The notes under the pieces are model-generated. The model was not told the origin of the DNA. It made no database searches and saw only the letters and a list, made by a program, of their open reading frames with translations. 64,000 bases of DNA. Source: Staphylococcus phage Fi4S2. The stretch lies in sequence record PV037056.1. One strand, given 5' to 3'. The position numbers and the translations under genes were made by a program. Below are positions 48,396 through 58,035 of this stretch, piece by piece; position 1 is the stretch's first letter, and each line of letters starts with the position of its first letter.

Positions 48396-48757
48396 TGATA
48401 ATAACAAAAGTGAAGACAGGAATTGATTTAAATGTTTTATCTGACTTTATGGAGGCACATTTAGTGTTTACTAAAGAGGAATTTAAAGACCTTATAGGTG
48501 AATTGAATACTGTAGCAGTAGAGATTTGGGGAGACAAATTTGAGCTAAAAGAAGTCACAAGTATGGGTAACGACTACTATGAGTATTATGACAGAAAGTA
48601 TGATAATAATGGGTATTTAAGTGTAGGAAAATATTATAACGATTTTATAGTAAAAATCGAGCGACCATGTAAAGAATCTCATAGATTTTACCGCTTAAAT
48701 AAGGCTAAAGCACAAACTTTTATAAATGATTGCGTAAAATTATTGGAGGAAAAGTAA
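48395..48757 (+). CDS. hypothetical protein
   Basis: 120 aa; RBS GAGGAGG. Confidence 0.5.
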   Translation: MIITKVKTGIDLNVLSDFMEAHLVFTKEEFKDLIGELNTVAVEIWGDKFELKEVTSMGNDYYEYYDRKYDNNGYLSVGKYYNDFIVKIERPCKESHRFYRLNKAKAQTFINDCVKLLEEK

Positions 48758-48807
48758 ATGGCATACATTATAGACTACAATAACTGTGAACAATGGGAGG
48801 AGTTATA

Positions 48808-49314
48808 ATGGATTTTTTAAAAATATTAGGTAAAAATGCGTGGGAATACGTTAAATGTATTCCATTTTTGCTACTTATAGGGTTGTATTTTATAATAAGT
48901 TTTGTTATACTTGCATTATTAATATTAGGGATACCTATAGCCATATTCAATTTATTCATTAACATAGGCATTATCTCAGAAACAAATCCTAGCTTTAACG
49001 CATTTCTTATATTTACAGTATGGATTAGCTTAGTCTTTGCAGTTATAATTAGCATGACTGAATTACAAGACGTTAAGAAACCTGTGTTATCTAAGCTTAT
49101 AGAGGGGCTAATAATGACTTTAAACATCTTAGTGGTTGTAAATGTTCCTATTGCTCTACTTATCAATCTGATACCAATTTCTCCTTTGTCAAAGCTAAGT
49201 GTAGATAATCAATTTTTAATAGGGCTTATTATTTACTTTTTGTTCATGGGTATGGTATACTTATTAAGTAAACTCATCAAAGACACTAAAAAAGAGTATG
49301 ATAGGAGAGGATAA
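48808..49314 (+). CDS. polytopic membrane protein
   Basis: About four TM segments; GGGAGGAG RBS before the ATG at 48808. Confidence 0.5.
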   Translation: MDFLKILGKNAWEYVKCIPFLLLIGLYFIISFVILALLILGIPIAIFNLFINIGIISETNPSFNAFLIFTVWISLVFAVIISMTELQDVKKPVLSKLIEGLIMTLNILVVVNVPIALLINLIPISPLSKLSVDNQFLIGLIIYFLFMGMVYLLSKLIKDTKKEYDRRG

Positions 49315-49820
49315 TGATGGTTAATATTCAAGAAATCATAAAAGAAGAGAAGAAAAAAGAAAAAGAACGATTTAAAGAACATGAAAAAGATTTATTTCTG
49401 AACCTGAGAGATGCTTTAACTACACTAAATGAACTTATAGACTTTATGCTAGTAGATGAAGGAGCTTATAGTATCCATAGTGATTGTGTAATACTAGATA
49501 CTAATGGATGTGTCAGTACTGATAACCAATTAATAGAATCCCTATCAGCAATTTTATTTAATAGGGTTGAAAAAACAAATAAAATAAAAAACTTAATGGG
49601 GTTAAAGGTTGACTACTACCCTAGAACACTTAGTTCTAACTCTGTTTTAGTTAATAAAAGAGATAGAACTAAATATACAGTTACTAGACTAACATTTGAT
49701 GATGAACGGTTTGACAATAACACATATAATGTTGAAATAGAGGTAAAAAGACATAAACATAAATTTAAAGACATAAAATTAAAAGTTCTATATGACTATA
49801 CTTATATAGAACTGCGGTAA
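49314..49820 (+). CDS. hypothetical protein
   Basis: 168 aa; RBS AGGAGAGG. Confidence 0.5.
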   Translation: MMVNIQEIIKEEKKKEKERFKEHEKDLFLNLRDALTTLNELIDFMLVDEGAYSIHSDCVILDTNGCVSTDNQLIESLSAILFNRVEKTNKIKNLMGLKVDYYPRTLSSNSVLVNKRDRTKYTVTRLTFDDERFDNNTYNVEIEVKRHKHKFKDIKLKVLYDYTYIELR

Positions 49821-49832
49821 GGAGGAACTATT

Positions 49833-50375
49833 ATGATTTTTTGTCCAATGTGTCAATCAAGAATCGCAAAGGTAACTAAAGACGTGACTTATAATGTATG
49901 TACTAACAAGGACTGTCGGTTCTGTGAAATTACAGAGCCACCAAATATGATGGGTGATAGACCAAACACCTATAAAACAACTTTATGTAAACAGACGTGG
50001 GAAGATGTTACTAGTGACAGTGACTTAGAAGATACAGGTATAGATAACTATACAGAACTACTAGAGGGTGTCGTTACAAAACTCTTAGATGCTTCTAAAT
50101 CATCCTCTACCTTCTATCAAGTAGAGTATTTCAATAGAGAACCCTACACAGAATACCTAGAAGACGAGAGACTAGTACTTAGAGATTCTACTATCTACAG
50201 TAACAAAGAGACCCTCATCAAGAAACTAGAATCACAGGGGTTTAAATACCATACCTTAGATGACTTATATAGTAGCAACAACTTAGAAAACCCTATAGCC
50301 TACTTCGGTGCAGGTAATCAAGTCCATGCTAAAATATATAAACTAACATTAGACTCAGATTCAGATTCAGAATAA
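49833..50375 (+). CDS. hypothetical protein with N-terminal zinc ribbon
   Basis: CPMCQS...CTNKDCRFC; RBS AAGGAGG. Confidence 0.5.
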   Translation: MIFCPMCQSRIAKVTKDVTYNVCTNKDCRFCEITEPPNMMGDRPNTYKTTLCKQTWEDVTSDSDLEDTGIDNYTELLEGVVTKLLDASKSSSTFYQVEYFNREPYTEYLEDERLVLRDSTIYSNKETLIKKLESQGFKYHTLDDLYSSNNLENPIAYFGAGNQVHAKIYKLTLDSDSDSE

Positions 50376-50388
50376 GGAGGCCTTAAAT

Positions 50389-50868
50389 GTGAAAAGCAAA
50401 AAGGACATAAGAAAAATAAAAAAAGAACATAAACGCTTAGAGAAAGATAAAAAGGCAAGATACTATTCCGAGTTTAAGGAAAGAGGCTCTCAAATGCTTT
50501 ACCTTATTAATGAAGTCATAGATAAGGCGCTAGAGTCTAATGACTATACAGGTAATGGTAAGGAAATAAGCATTACTAAACTATCTTCAAAATCCGAACC
50601 AGGCACACTTACTACAGAGATAGATAATAAAGACATATATTATGAACTAGACTATCTATATACGTTAACAGTGTACTTAGAATTACCAATAGACTATAGA
50701 CTATACAACTCTATAAAGCTAAAATACAAAGATGTGAAGTATAAGGTTACTCACTTAGAAAAGGTAGGAGACCTTATTAGGATGGAATTAAAGGTCAGAA
50801 ATGATGAGCGCAATATTAATAACATCACATTATCTATTAACGACCATATGTTTATAAATTTAAAATAG
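50389..50868 (+). CDS. hypothetical protein (GTG start)
   Basis: 159 aa; RBS AAGGAGG. Confidence 0.5.
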   Translation: MKSKKDIRKIKKEHKRLEKDKKARYYSEFKERGSQMLYLINEVIDKALESNDYTGNGKEISITKLSSKSEPGTLTTEIDNKDIYYELDYLYTLTVYLELPIDYRLYNSIKLKYKDVKYKVTHLEKVGDLIRMELKVRNDERNINNITLSINDHMFINLK

Positions 50869-50881
50869 GAGGAGAAGTATA

Positions 50882-51187
50882 ATGACTAATAACTATGTAT
50901 ACTTATTAAAGAGCACGATAAGCATGTATGAGGTACCAACGATTGATGGTATCTTTGATAATGAGGAACAATTAGTAGAGGTAATGAAGGAGCTTAATAT
51001 CAAGAAGAGTGAAGAAGTTAGAAACGGGGAACCTAAGATTATCTACTATACAATTGATGACTACATTAAACAAACTTATAAAGAAGAGACTGTAAGACGT
51101 TATTACTTTGTCTACAAGTTACCCTTAAATCATTACGATTGGTTTTTAGATAACAGGTATTCAGAAACTACTGATTTAGACATTTAA
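50882..51187 (+). CDS. hypothetical protein
   Basis: 101 aa; RBS AGGAGGAG. Confidence 0.5.
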   Translation: MTNNYVYLLKSTISMYEVPTIDGIFDNEEQLVEVMKELNIKKSEEVRNGEPKIIYYTIDDYIKQTYKEETVRRYYFVYKLPLNHYDWFLDNRYSETTDLDI

Positions 51188-51193
51188 GATTTA

Positions 51194-51234
51194 GAGTATA
51201 GGTATATATATATATACCTATACTCTATTTTTGT
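51194..51234 (+). terminator. intrinsic terminator
   Basis: AGAGTATAGGTATATATATATATACCTATACTCT followed by ATTTTT. Confidence 0.75.
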
Positions 51235-51360
51235 TTAAAGGGTGCTAGGGGAGGAGTGCTAATCCTGAAACAGCTCTTTTTAGGGTAAAAAATTTTTGTC
51301 GGTGATTTTTATTTTATACTAATTATAATAAATTCTAAAATTATTAATTATTAAAGTAAG

Positions 51361-51560
51361 GGGTGGTGGGGTATACCTAGTTTATGATAGAGGAGGGGTA
51401 TAGTTAGGAAGGAGTTAGGGGTGGTAGGGGTACAGTAGGGGTAGAAAGGAGATAGAAAGGGGGTAGGGGTGTTTTGTGAAACGGTACAAAAAAATTGGGG
51501 GGTGAAAGTTGGGAAAAATTTTAGTAGCCTGGGGTAGCCCCGTAACCCCTCATGCATACC
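51361..51560 (+). repeat. G-run-rich tract (many GGGG/GGGGG runs) in intergenic DNA
   Basis: GGGGTGGTGGGG, GGAGGGG, GGGGTGGTAGGGG, AGGGGTAG, AGGGGGTAGGGG, TGGGGGG and TGGGG lie within ~200 nt. Confidence 0.8.
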
Positions 51561-51748
51561 CCCTTTTATGGATTTTAAAAAAGGGGTGCTTATCCCTTGA
51601 CTTCTGTCGAGAAATATGCTCCCTACCTCATCCACAGATTGCCCCCACTGTCAAGCATTAATTTAATATCACCCCAGCACTCATAAACTATTATTTGTGT
51701 TTGCTTTAATCTATTTAATTAGCTTCTAGCCTTCAGCAAACACAAAGA

Positions 51749-51776
51749 AGGACAAGACCAGCTGGCCTTGTCCTCT
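51749..51776 (-). terminator. stem-loop after the minus-strand acidic-protein gene
   Basis: AGGACAAG-ACCAGCTGGC-CTTGTCCT; the downstream minus-strand sequence is U-rich. Confidence 0.45.
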
Positions 51777-51786
51777 TCTCTCTTCA

Positions 51787-52734
51787 TTACTTGTTGATTT
51801 GGTCTACTATCTCTCCATCTTTGATTATAATATACATGTAATCAGTCTCTACGATTGTGTGACCGTCAACAAGATAATAATTCTTATTAACCTCTTGCTG
51901 TGTCTCTCTAAAATAGCGCTTAGACTTGAATAGTGTTATCGTTCCATACTCAACGTTTAAAGCTGTACTAACTGGCGTTACTGCTCTAACGTCTGTAATG
52001 CCCACAGACACCCCAAAATCGTCCATCATAGCGCCTGCATACCCTAAGGCCTGCAAGTCGTGTAATACCTGCACGCTGTCGTCCTGATGTGTCATAACGT
52101 CTTCTGCCTGCTCCTCTTCTATCATGTCTATGGCCTCACCAACTGTGAGAGGTTCCTCCTCCTCTTCTGTGTCTATCTCTTCCAGTTCATCTTGAAGCAT
52201 TCTAGCTTCATATTCAAAGATAGCCCAGGCAAGATAGTTTTTGTCCTGCGTTGAGAGTTCTAGAGGGTCGTTCTCATACATACAGATGCTATCCATTTCC
52301 ATAAGAATTGCGTCCTCCTGCTCCATGTCGTCCATGTCTTCCCAGTCTTCCCCGTAATACTCGGCCATGTTGCTTTCTGCTATTTCTCTTATGTCTGCCT
52401 CTGCGTCCTCGTGTCTATCGTCTGCGCTATCTACTGGGAACATCTCCGATAAGTCCTGAATACCGTCCCAGCTCTCCAGCTCCTCAATTCCGTAGACCTC
52501 AGTTACAAAGTTTTTTATTTCTTCCTCGTGCTCCTCGTAATATGCTTTTGTGTCCTTGTAGTAAATTAAGTGATTAACCATCCCCGATTCACAGCCATGC
52601 GTTACAATGTTATCAAGAAGGCCTTCTGCGTCTTCTGCGTCTTGAGACATCTCTAATAAGTAGTTTATAACGTCTTGTTTTACTCCTTGAGTTTCTGCTT
52701 GCATGTTTTCTAATACTGTTAATAAATTTGTCAT
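51787..52734 (-). CDS. extremely acidic protein (D/E-rich; DNA-mimic-like composition)
   Basis: 315 aa with long D/E tracts; GC-richer codon usage than neighbouring genes. Confidence 0.55.
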   Translation of the reverse strand: MTNLLTVLENMQAETQGVKQDVINYLLEMSQDAEDAEGLLDNIVTHGCESGMVNHLIYYKDTKAYYEEHEEEIKNFVTEVYGIEELESWDGIQDLSEMFPVDSADDRHEDAEADIREIAESNMAEYYGEDWEDMDDMEQEDAILMEMDSICMYENDPLELSTQDKNYLAWAIFEYEARMLQDELEEIDTEEEEEPLTVGEAIDMIEEEQAEDVMTHQDDSVQVLHDLQALGYAGAMMDDFGVSVGITDVRAVTPVSTALNVEYGTITLFKSKRYFRETQQEVNKNYYLVDGHTIVETDYMYIIIKDGEIVDQINK

Positions 52735-52779
52735 TTTGAATATCCTTCCGAGCTCCTGCTCTGTTATTTGGTATACCTA

Positions 52780-52809
52780 ATTATAGCATTAATTTCTAAA
52801 TTCTGTAAA
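52780..52809 (-). promoter_or_regulatory. sigma-A-like promoter (minus strand)
   Basis: The minus-strand sequence reads TTTACA - 18 nt - TATAAT. Confidence 0.5.
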
Positions 52810-52849
52810 GCGATAAGCCCCAATTAAAGGGGCAATTTTACACCCCTTT

Positions 52850-53212
52850 TTATACTTCATACTCGAAGAAATAAGCATCTAGCTCATCCAACCATTCAAA
52901 GGATTTATACTGTTCTGTGTCCCAATCCTCAAAACCTAACTGCTCAAATGTGCCCCACTGCGTAGTGAATAAGTGCCCAATTGTACCACCTGCAACCCTT
53001 ACAAGTATTTTTCCATTCTCTTTTAGGAACTCGTAAGAGCTTCCTCTGAATTTTTGGCTGATTGCTTGCCCGTTCTCTAATCCCTGCATTACCTCGATTA
53101 ATCTTGTGTTATCGTTGTTATAAATTTTCATTTGAAAAACTCCTTTGATATCTTTAGTAGTGACGTTAATCACTCTATAGAGCCACCAGGTGCGCCCTGG
53201 TAGTTCTAACAA
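52850..53212 (-). CDS. hypothetical protein
   Basis: 120 aa; shares a conserved leader with neighbouring minus-strand genes. Confidence 0.5.
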   Translation of the reverse strand: MLELPGRTWWLYRVINVTTKDIKGVFQMKIYNNDNTRLIEVMQGLENGQAISQKFRGSSYEFLKENGKILVRVAGGTIGHLFTTQWGTFEQLGFEDWDTEQYKSFEWLDELDAYFFEYEV

Positions 53213-53215
53213 TGA

Positions 53216-53497
53216 TTAAGCTTGTGTTGCTTTGTCGTGTCTCTCTTGTGCTTCCTGGTGAGTGTCAGGGAAATCAAACGTCCTAACTGATTTAGCACCG
53301 TCAAAGCGTGTCACAGTTGTTTTTGTGTGGTAGTAACCAAAGATAGTATATTTCTTTTGAGTGCGTCTCTCACCTTCCCAGCGCTCCTCAACAAATGATG
53401 TTTTGAATTGGTCATGTGAAATGAATGACTCTCTAGTGTCTCCGTTAATGTCTGTGTACGTTACCTTGATTGATTGTAATTGATTGAAATTTTCCAT
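53216..53497 (-). CDS. hypothetical protein
   Basis: 93 aa. Confidence 0.5.
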   Translation of the reverse strand: MENFNQLQSIKVTYTDINGDTRESFISHDQFKTSFVEERWEGERRTQKKYTIFGYYHTKTTVTRFDGAKSVRTFDFPDTHQEAQERHDKATQA

Positions 53498-53546
53498 TTT
53501 TAATATCTCCTTTTGGGCTGTTGCCCTCTGTTATTTGGTATACCTA

Positions 53547-53576
53547 ATGATAACACATTAGGTTTAATTCTGTAAA
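53547..53576 (-). promoter_or_regulatory. sigma-A-like promoter (minus strand)
   Basis: TTTACA - 18 nt - TATCAT. Confidence 0.4.
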
Positions 53577-53883
53577 GCTAAATGACTCAATTTGTTAACT
53601 TTTTTTTTAAAACCAGTATGGCCAAAATAAATACGTTAGCGCTGAAGCGGTTCCCAGCATTGACCAGCCGATTATTTTAAGATTCTTTTTCACTGTGTGC
53701 CCTCCTTTCCAGTTGCTGAAGTAAGTTATTTTTTCTTGCTTGGTTTCTTGCTTGCTTTCTTTTTTGGGTATCCTGCAGGTGGCATAAATTGGTTTGCCAT
53801 TCTCTGCATTGCTTTTGTTTCTTCTCTCATCTCTGCACCTCCTAATTTCAATTTTAAGGGCTCTAGGTGAGCCCCTGCACCTC

Positions 53884-54102
53884 TTACATGTGTTTCATAG
53901 CGTGAGCCATGATTTGCTCTTGTGTGAGCTTCTCAAAGCCTTGATAAGTCATTCTTGCGACTGTTGCGTCTGTTTGGTTCAAGTAGTCGTAAACTTCTTT
54001 GACTGGGACAAGTCTGTCACGCTTTGCTAAGTACTTAGCAACCTTTCTTTCTACGTGCTGGGCAGTGCTTTCACCTTTCTCGAAGTTCATTGTTGGTTTC
54101 AT
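53884..54102 (-). CDS. hypothetical protein
   Basis: 72 aa. Confidence 0.5.
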   Translation of the reverse strand: MKPTMNFEKGESTAQHVERKVAKYLAKRDRLVPVKEVYDYLNQTDATVARMTYQGFEKLTQEQIMAHAMKHM

Positions 54103-54598
54103 GTTCTCATATCCTTTCGAGCTCCTGGGCTCTTGTTTTTTGTGTTGCTGTTCTTGACACTCTTAATACTAAAGCATTAGCAACCCAATTGCAAGCATTA
54201 ATTTACATTATTTCATCAAAAAGCCCACAAACCCTTGTGGCTCTAAGGAAAAAAGTTTTTAAATAAATTACTGCAATCTAGTTTCTACCATATAAAGGGA
54301 ATAAAAAGGATTTACCCCCAGCAAGAAGAAAGCACTATTTCAAATTGCAGTTAGTGAGTGCAGGGGGCAAACGGTAAACAAAAAACATACTAAACAGTGG
54401 CAAAGTCGATCGACTTTTAAAATTTAAAAATGACATCAAAGTGATCACTTGCACCCACCTTCAAAATTTGCCCTTATATGGAAAGAAAAGTTTTTTAAAA
54501 GAATTTGAGCATATGGGTTGTGTTATGGTTCGATTTGTTATATATTAGAACCAAGCCAAACAAGGCAACCAAAAAAAAACCTAAAGGAGTTTTTCATT

Positions 54599-54946
54599 AT
54601 GACAAACCAAACACTAAACAACATTAACCAAATGCCAGCATGGGACTTACAAGATATTTTAAACTACGCAAAGCAACAAATGATTGAGAATGACATAATC
54701 TTTCAAGATGTAACTTTAAACAATTACCAGCTACAAGAAGAGGACGGCACGGAATACTTCGAGCTTTACACTAGCACCGTAGCGATTGACTCCGAGACAA
54801 CTCTCGAAGAGTTCAGAAGCCAGGTTATCGAAGCTGAGGAATTAGCAGAGACTTTCAAAGGAGCCCTGGCACTGCTACAACGTTCAATCAATGAGCACAT
54901 GAAAGAAAAATATTTTGAATATGATTACATTACAAATTTACTGTAA
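54599..54946 (+). CDS. hypothetical protein
   Basis: AAAGGAG RBS precedes the ATG at 54599. The upstream part of the longer 54518 ORF lacks an RBS. Confidence 0.5.
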   Translation: MTNQTLNNINQMPAWDLQDILNYAKQQMIENDIIFQDVTLNNYQLQEEDGTEYFELYTSTVAIDSETTLEEFRSQVIEAEELAETFKGALALLQRSINEHMKEKYFEYDYITNLL

Positions 54947-54992
54947 GAGCAGGAGCCCCTGGGGCTTCTCTCTCTTTTTTCTTTTTTTTTTA
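54947..54992 (+). terminator. intrinsic terminator
   Basis: GAGCAGGAGCCCCTGGGGCTTCTC followed by long T runs. Confidence 0.7.
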
Positions 54993-55015
54993 TTTAATTT
55001 TTTTAGGGCAACTTT

Positions 55016-56056
55016 GTGGGCTACTACTTAGAAGAATTGTGGACTACTACTTAGAAGGATTGCTAATATCCATTCTGTTGTCTATAACTACTAAGCAAAC
55101 CCCTCTCATAGATAACCAATATAGATTAGGTATTATTTATCTATTAGAAACTACTATCATATAGAGTTAGCGTAGTGTTGCTTACTCTATAGAGGTTGAT
55201 AACAAACTGTCGGCTACTACTATAGTAAAACACAAAATGACCGCTTTCCTGAATACATTATCAGACTAGAAGCGGTTATCACATACTAACTATTTAATTA
55301 TACTCATTACAACGCTATATAAATAGCTATAGCGACTAAACACTGTGGATAGCTACTATAGTAAACCCGTTACTGTTATAACTATAATCCATAACTTATA
55401 GCTTACCTGTAACTACTCTATCAGTATACCTTATCTATATAGCGCTACAGATGAAGTGTGGATAGCTACTATAGTTAATCACAGTTTTATATAGACAATG
55501 AATCCTATATACTATTGCTATTCTATAACTGAACAGTAGGTACACGCTCTAGAAGCTCTCATATACTATCGGTAACTACTTAGAATATAACCGCTTCTCT
55601 CTACTGATTGTGGACTACTACTGTATCTAAATAGCAATTGAATAGAGTTAGCTTCAGCTGTCGGCTACTACTATAGTAATTCATGAAGCGGTTGAAAAAG
55701 TGTTTTGAAAAATTGATTTGAAATTTTGGAAACTAAAAAGGTAGGGTGGCTACCAGGGGTACCTTCTACTCTCTATTATATATCTGAGTGATACTTACTT
55801 AGCCCTAGTCGATAGTTATTAGATTGTTATAGAGTTAAAGGAGGAACTAAATAACAGTTGAGTATTTAAGGAGTTTAGTTATGAAATTATAGAGTTAGTT
55901 TTTTAGGATAGTTGCTAGGGCTTTCTATTCAGTACCACTCAATTAGATAACAGTTAAGTTAGGAGGTCTTAACTGTTAAATACATTATAACATAGCTTGA
56001 GGATTTCTTTTTATCTTTTGCAATTTCATGGACTACTACTGTAGATATATTGACTA
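55016..56056. repeat. array of at least 12 degenerate ~22-nt direct repeats in ORF-free DNA
   Basis: Repeat copies start at 55016, 55039, 55085, 55148, 55209, 55345, 55409, 55457, 55571, 55610, 55660 and 56030. Approximate consensus is GTGGACTACTACTATAGTAA, with irregular spacers. Confidence 0.75.
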
Positions 56057-56065
56057 CAATACATA

Positions 56066-56186
56066 ATGACGTATTTAGGATTTTAACGATGTTTATATAT
56101 AACTATAATTATAGTAGTATTATAGTTCTTTAATAGTTATATAACTATAGTTACTAATAAAGGTTAATAAATTCTTAAATGTGTCA
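56066..56186. repeat. MITE-like element, copy 3
   Basis: TGACGTATTTAGG ... TTAAATGTGTCAT; homologous to the 27866-28135 pair, with internal segments in inverted arrangement. Confidence 0.7.
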
Positions 56187-56277
56187 TAATACTTTGTGTA
56201 CAACATAAAAATAATAGTTGACTCTGTTCAGGATAGATGATATACTTAGTTTACAGATATAAGAGAGGAGAATAATT

Positions 56278-56562
56278 ATGGATACAAAATACAAAGCTTT
56301 AGATTTTTCAGAGGTAGATTTATTAAATGCTTTCCACTTCTATGTAATATCAAAAGTAGATAGCATTACAGATGTTACTCAAACAGATTCAGGAGAGGTT
56401 TACTATAAAGGAGAGGTTATCTTGAAGATGGATAAGAACCTTGTACAAATCTTTACTACCCCTATCATGGATAAGATGACTGAGGAAGATTTTAGTTTTA
56501 TTGCTAGCTTCAGAAACGCATTACAAATTATTATCAGTCAGAAAAAAAGAATTACAGAATAA
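56278..56562 (+). CDS. hypothetical protein
   Basis: 94 aa; RBS GAGAGGAG. Confidence 0.5.
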   Translation: MDTKYKALDFSEVDLLNAFHFYVISKVDSITDVTQTDSGEVYYKGEVILKMDKNLVQIFTTPIMDKMTEEDFSFIASFRNALQIIISQKKRITE

Positions 56563-56625
56563 TGCTTGACATTCAATTAGAACTATAGTACACTATTATT
56601 ACAAACAAATTAGGAGGAACAAATT

Positions 56626-56850
56626 ATGTTACCATTTTTTACAAGAGTTAAGAAAGAATTAGAAGCAAAGGGTTACACAGTTACAGACAATACAGAGGAA
56701 GGTTTCTTTGTAGCAGAGAACAGCAGTAAGGTCTACACTATTGATTACAAGAATGAGGTCTTGGAAGAGTTAGATGACAAAGGACAGCTACACATTCAAG
56801 ACATTAATAGTCTAGACATCACAGAAGCGGAAATCAAAGTAGCTTCATAA
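56626..56850 (+). CDS. hypothetical protein
   Basis: 74 aa; RBS AGGAGG. Confidence 0.5.
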   Translation: MLPFFTRVKKELEAKGYTVTDNTEEGFFVAENSSKVYTIDYKNEVLEELDDKGQLHIQDINSLDITEAEIKVAS

Positions 56851-56983
56851 CTAAAGAGGAACTTAGCTCTCTAGAACAATAACCGCTTCATGATAAATTG
56901 TTCCTAATCTATGATTAAGTTATAGAGGGTCAAGAGAGCTAGGCTTCTGTGGAAGCTAGAATTGAAATTAGGAGGTTAAAACT

Positions 56984-57271
56984 ATGGCACCAATCATTAA
57001 TGATGCAGGTTATCCAAGAGAGGAACAGGAAACGGTCTGCGTATATGACGCTCTGTTAGGACAGTGGGTACTCTCTTCTAGTGTAAGGAGACATATTACA
57101 AAGCTGATGAAGCAGTACCCTGAAGCGGAAGTAAAAGAACAGTACAGTAATGGAACACCTGTGTATATAGAAGTAGTATTGAATGAGGATTTAGTATCTT
57201 TCCGTAAGCCCGTATCTAAGGAAAGGAAAGAAGAAATGTCTAAACTAGCTAAGGAGCGTTTTGGTAAATAA
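56984..57271 (+). CDS. hypothetical protein
   Basis: 95 aa; RBS AGGAGG. Confidence 0.5.
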   Translation: MAPIINDAGYPREEQETVCVYDALLGQWVLSSSVRRHITKLMKQYPEAEVKEQYSNGTPVYIEVVLNEDLVSFRKPVSKERKEEMSKLAKERFGK

Positions 57272-57645
57272 TGACAACAATTAATAACCCGTTTGCTAAA
57301 GCTTTACTTAAACAAGTGGAAGCAACATATAACAAGACAGACATTCTAGCCAATAACTCAACACTTATCCCTATCCCTAAAGAAGTCTTTGACTCCAATC
57401 AAAAGGCTAAGCAGTTTATTAAACTGATGGGTAAGATGCATAAGGATGAGAGCTTACCTATTGAGGTAAAGCTAGAGCCAACTAAGACACAAGTAAATGG
57501 TTTGACTTATACAACAATAGATGTTATCATTAGTTATGATACAACTAAGTTAGACATAGATGACTTCAAGAAGAAGTTAAGTTTGATTAATACAGAGGAG
57601 GAGCCTCAGAATGGAACTAGTAATCAAGACATCAGTAAAGGATAA
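57271..57645 (+). CDS. hypothetical protein
   Basis: 124 aa; stop/start overlap with the upstream gene. Confidence 0.45.
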   Translation: MTTINNPFAKALLKQVEATYNKTDILANNSTLIPIPKEVFDSNQKAKQFIKLMGKMHKDESLPIEVKLEPTKTQVNGLTYTTIDVIISYDTTKLDIDDFKKKLSLINTEEEPQNGTSNQDISKG

Positions 57646-57835
57646 CAAAGTCATTGTAGTAACTGAAGAAGAGGCAAATGGTGCAGGAAATCTTATTCAG
57701 TTATTTGCTAATATCAATGAGGACATCAAAAATGAGAGAGCAGTTGTTGTAGCTACAGACTATAACAGACACTCTATTGCAAATGGTTACGTCAATCAAG
57801 TATATTTAGTAAGAGATACAGAGGAGGAAAAATAA
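57611..57835 (+). CDS. hypothetical protein
   Basis: 74 aa; RBS GAGGAGG. Confidence 0.45.
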   Translation: MELVIKTSVKDNKVIVVTEEEANGAGNLIQLFANINEDIKNERAVVVATDYNRHSIANGYVNQVYLVRDTEEEK

Positions 57836-58035
57836 TGATGAGAGTATTAGATTACCCATATAAAGTAGCAACAGAGTTTACAGAGGAAATGAAAGAGGAT
57901 AGAGAGGTACTAGGGATTGTACTAAAAGAACTTATTAGCAAATCCTATGGTGATAAGATTACTAGTATTAACACTAGAGTCGTAGATGGTAAGGAAATCA
58001 TTCAAGTTACAGCAGAACAAAAGGAGGAAAAATAA
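57835..58035 (+). CDS. hypothetical protein
   Basis: 66 aa; RBS GAGGAGG. Confidence 0.5.
   Translation: MMRVLDYPYKVATEFTEEMKEDREVLGIVLKELISKSYGDKITSINTRVVDGKEIIQVTAEQKEEK

Noticed and set aside
48768-49166. Minus-strand ORF 48768-49166
   Set aside because: It is an antisense shadow of the well-supported plus-strand membrane-protein gene 48808-49314.
51351-51635. Minus-strand ORF 51351-51635
   Set aside because: It reads through the C-rich complement of the G-run tract and gives a Pro/Thr/Phe low-complexity product with no RBS. It is probably not a gene.
55016-56056. CRISPR array
   Set aside because: The repeats are degenerate, about 20-25 nt, with spacers from 23 to ~370 nt. There is no regular repeat-spacer periodicity and no cas genes.
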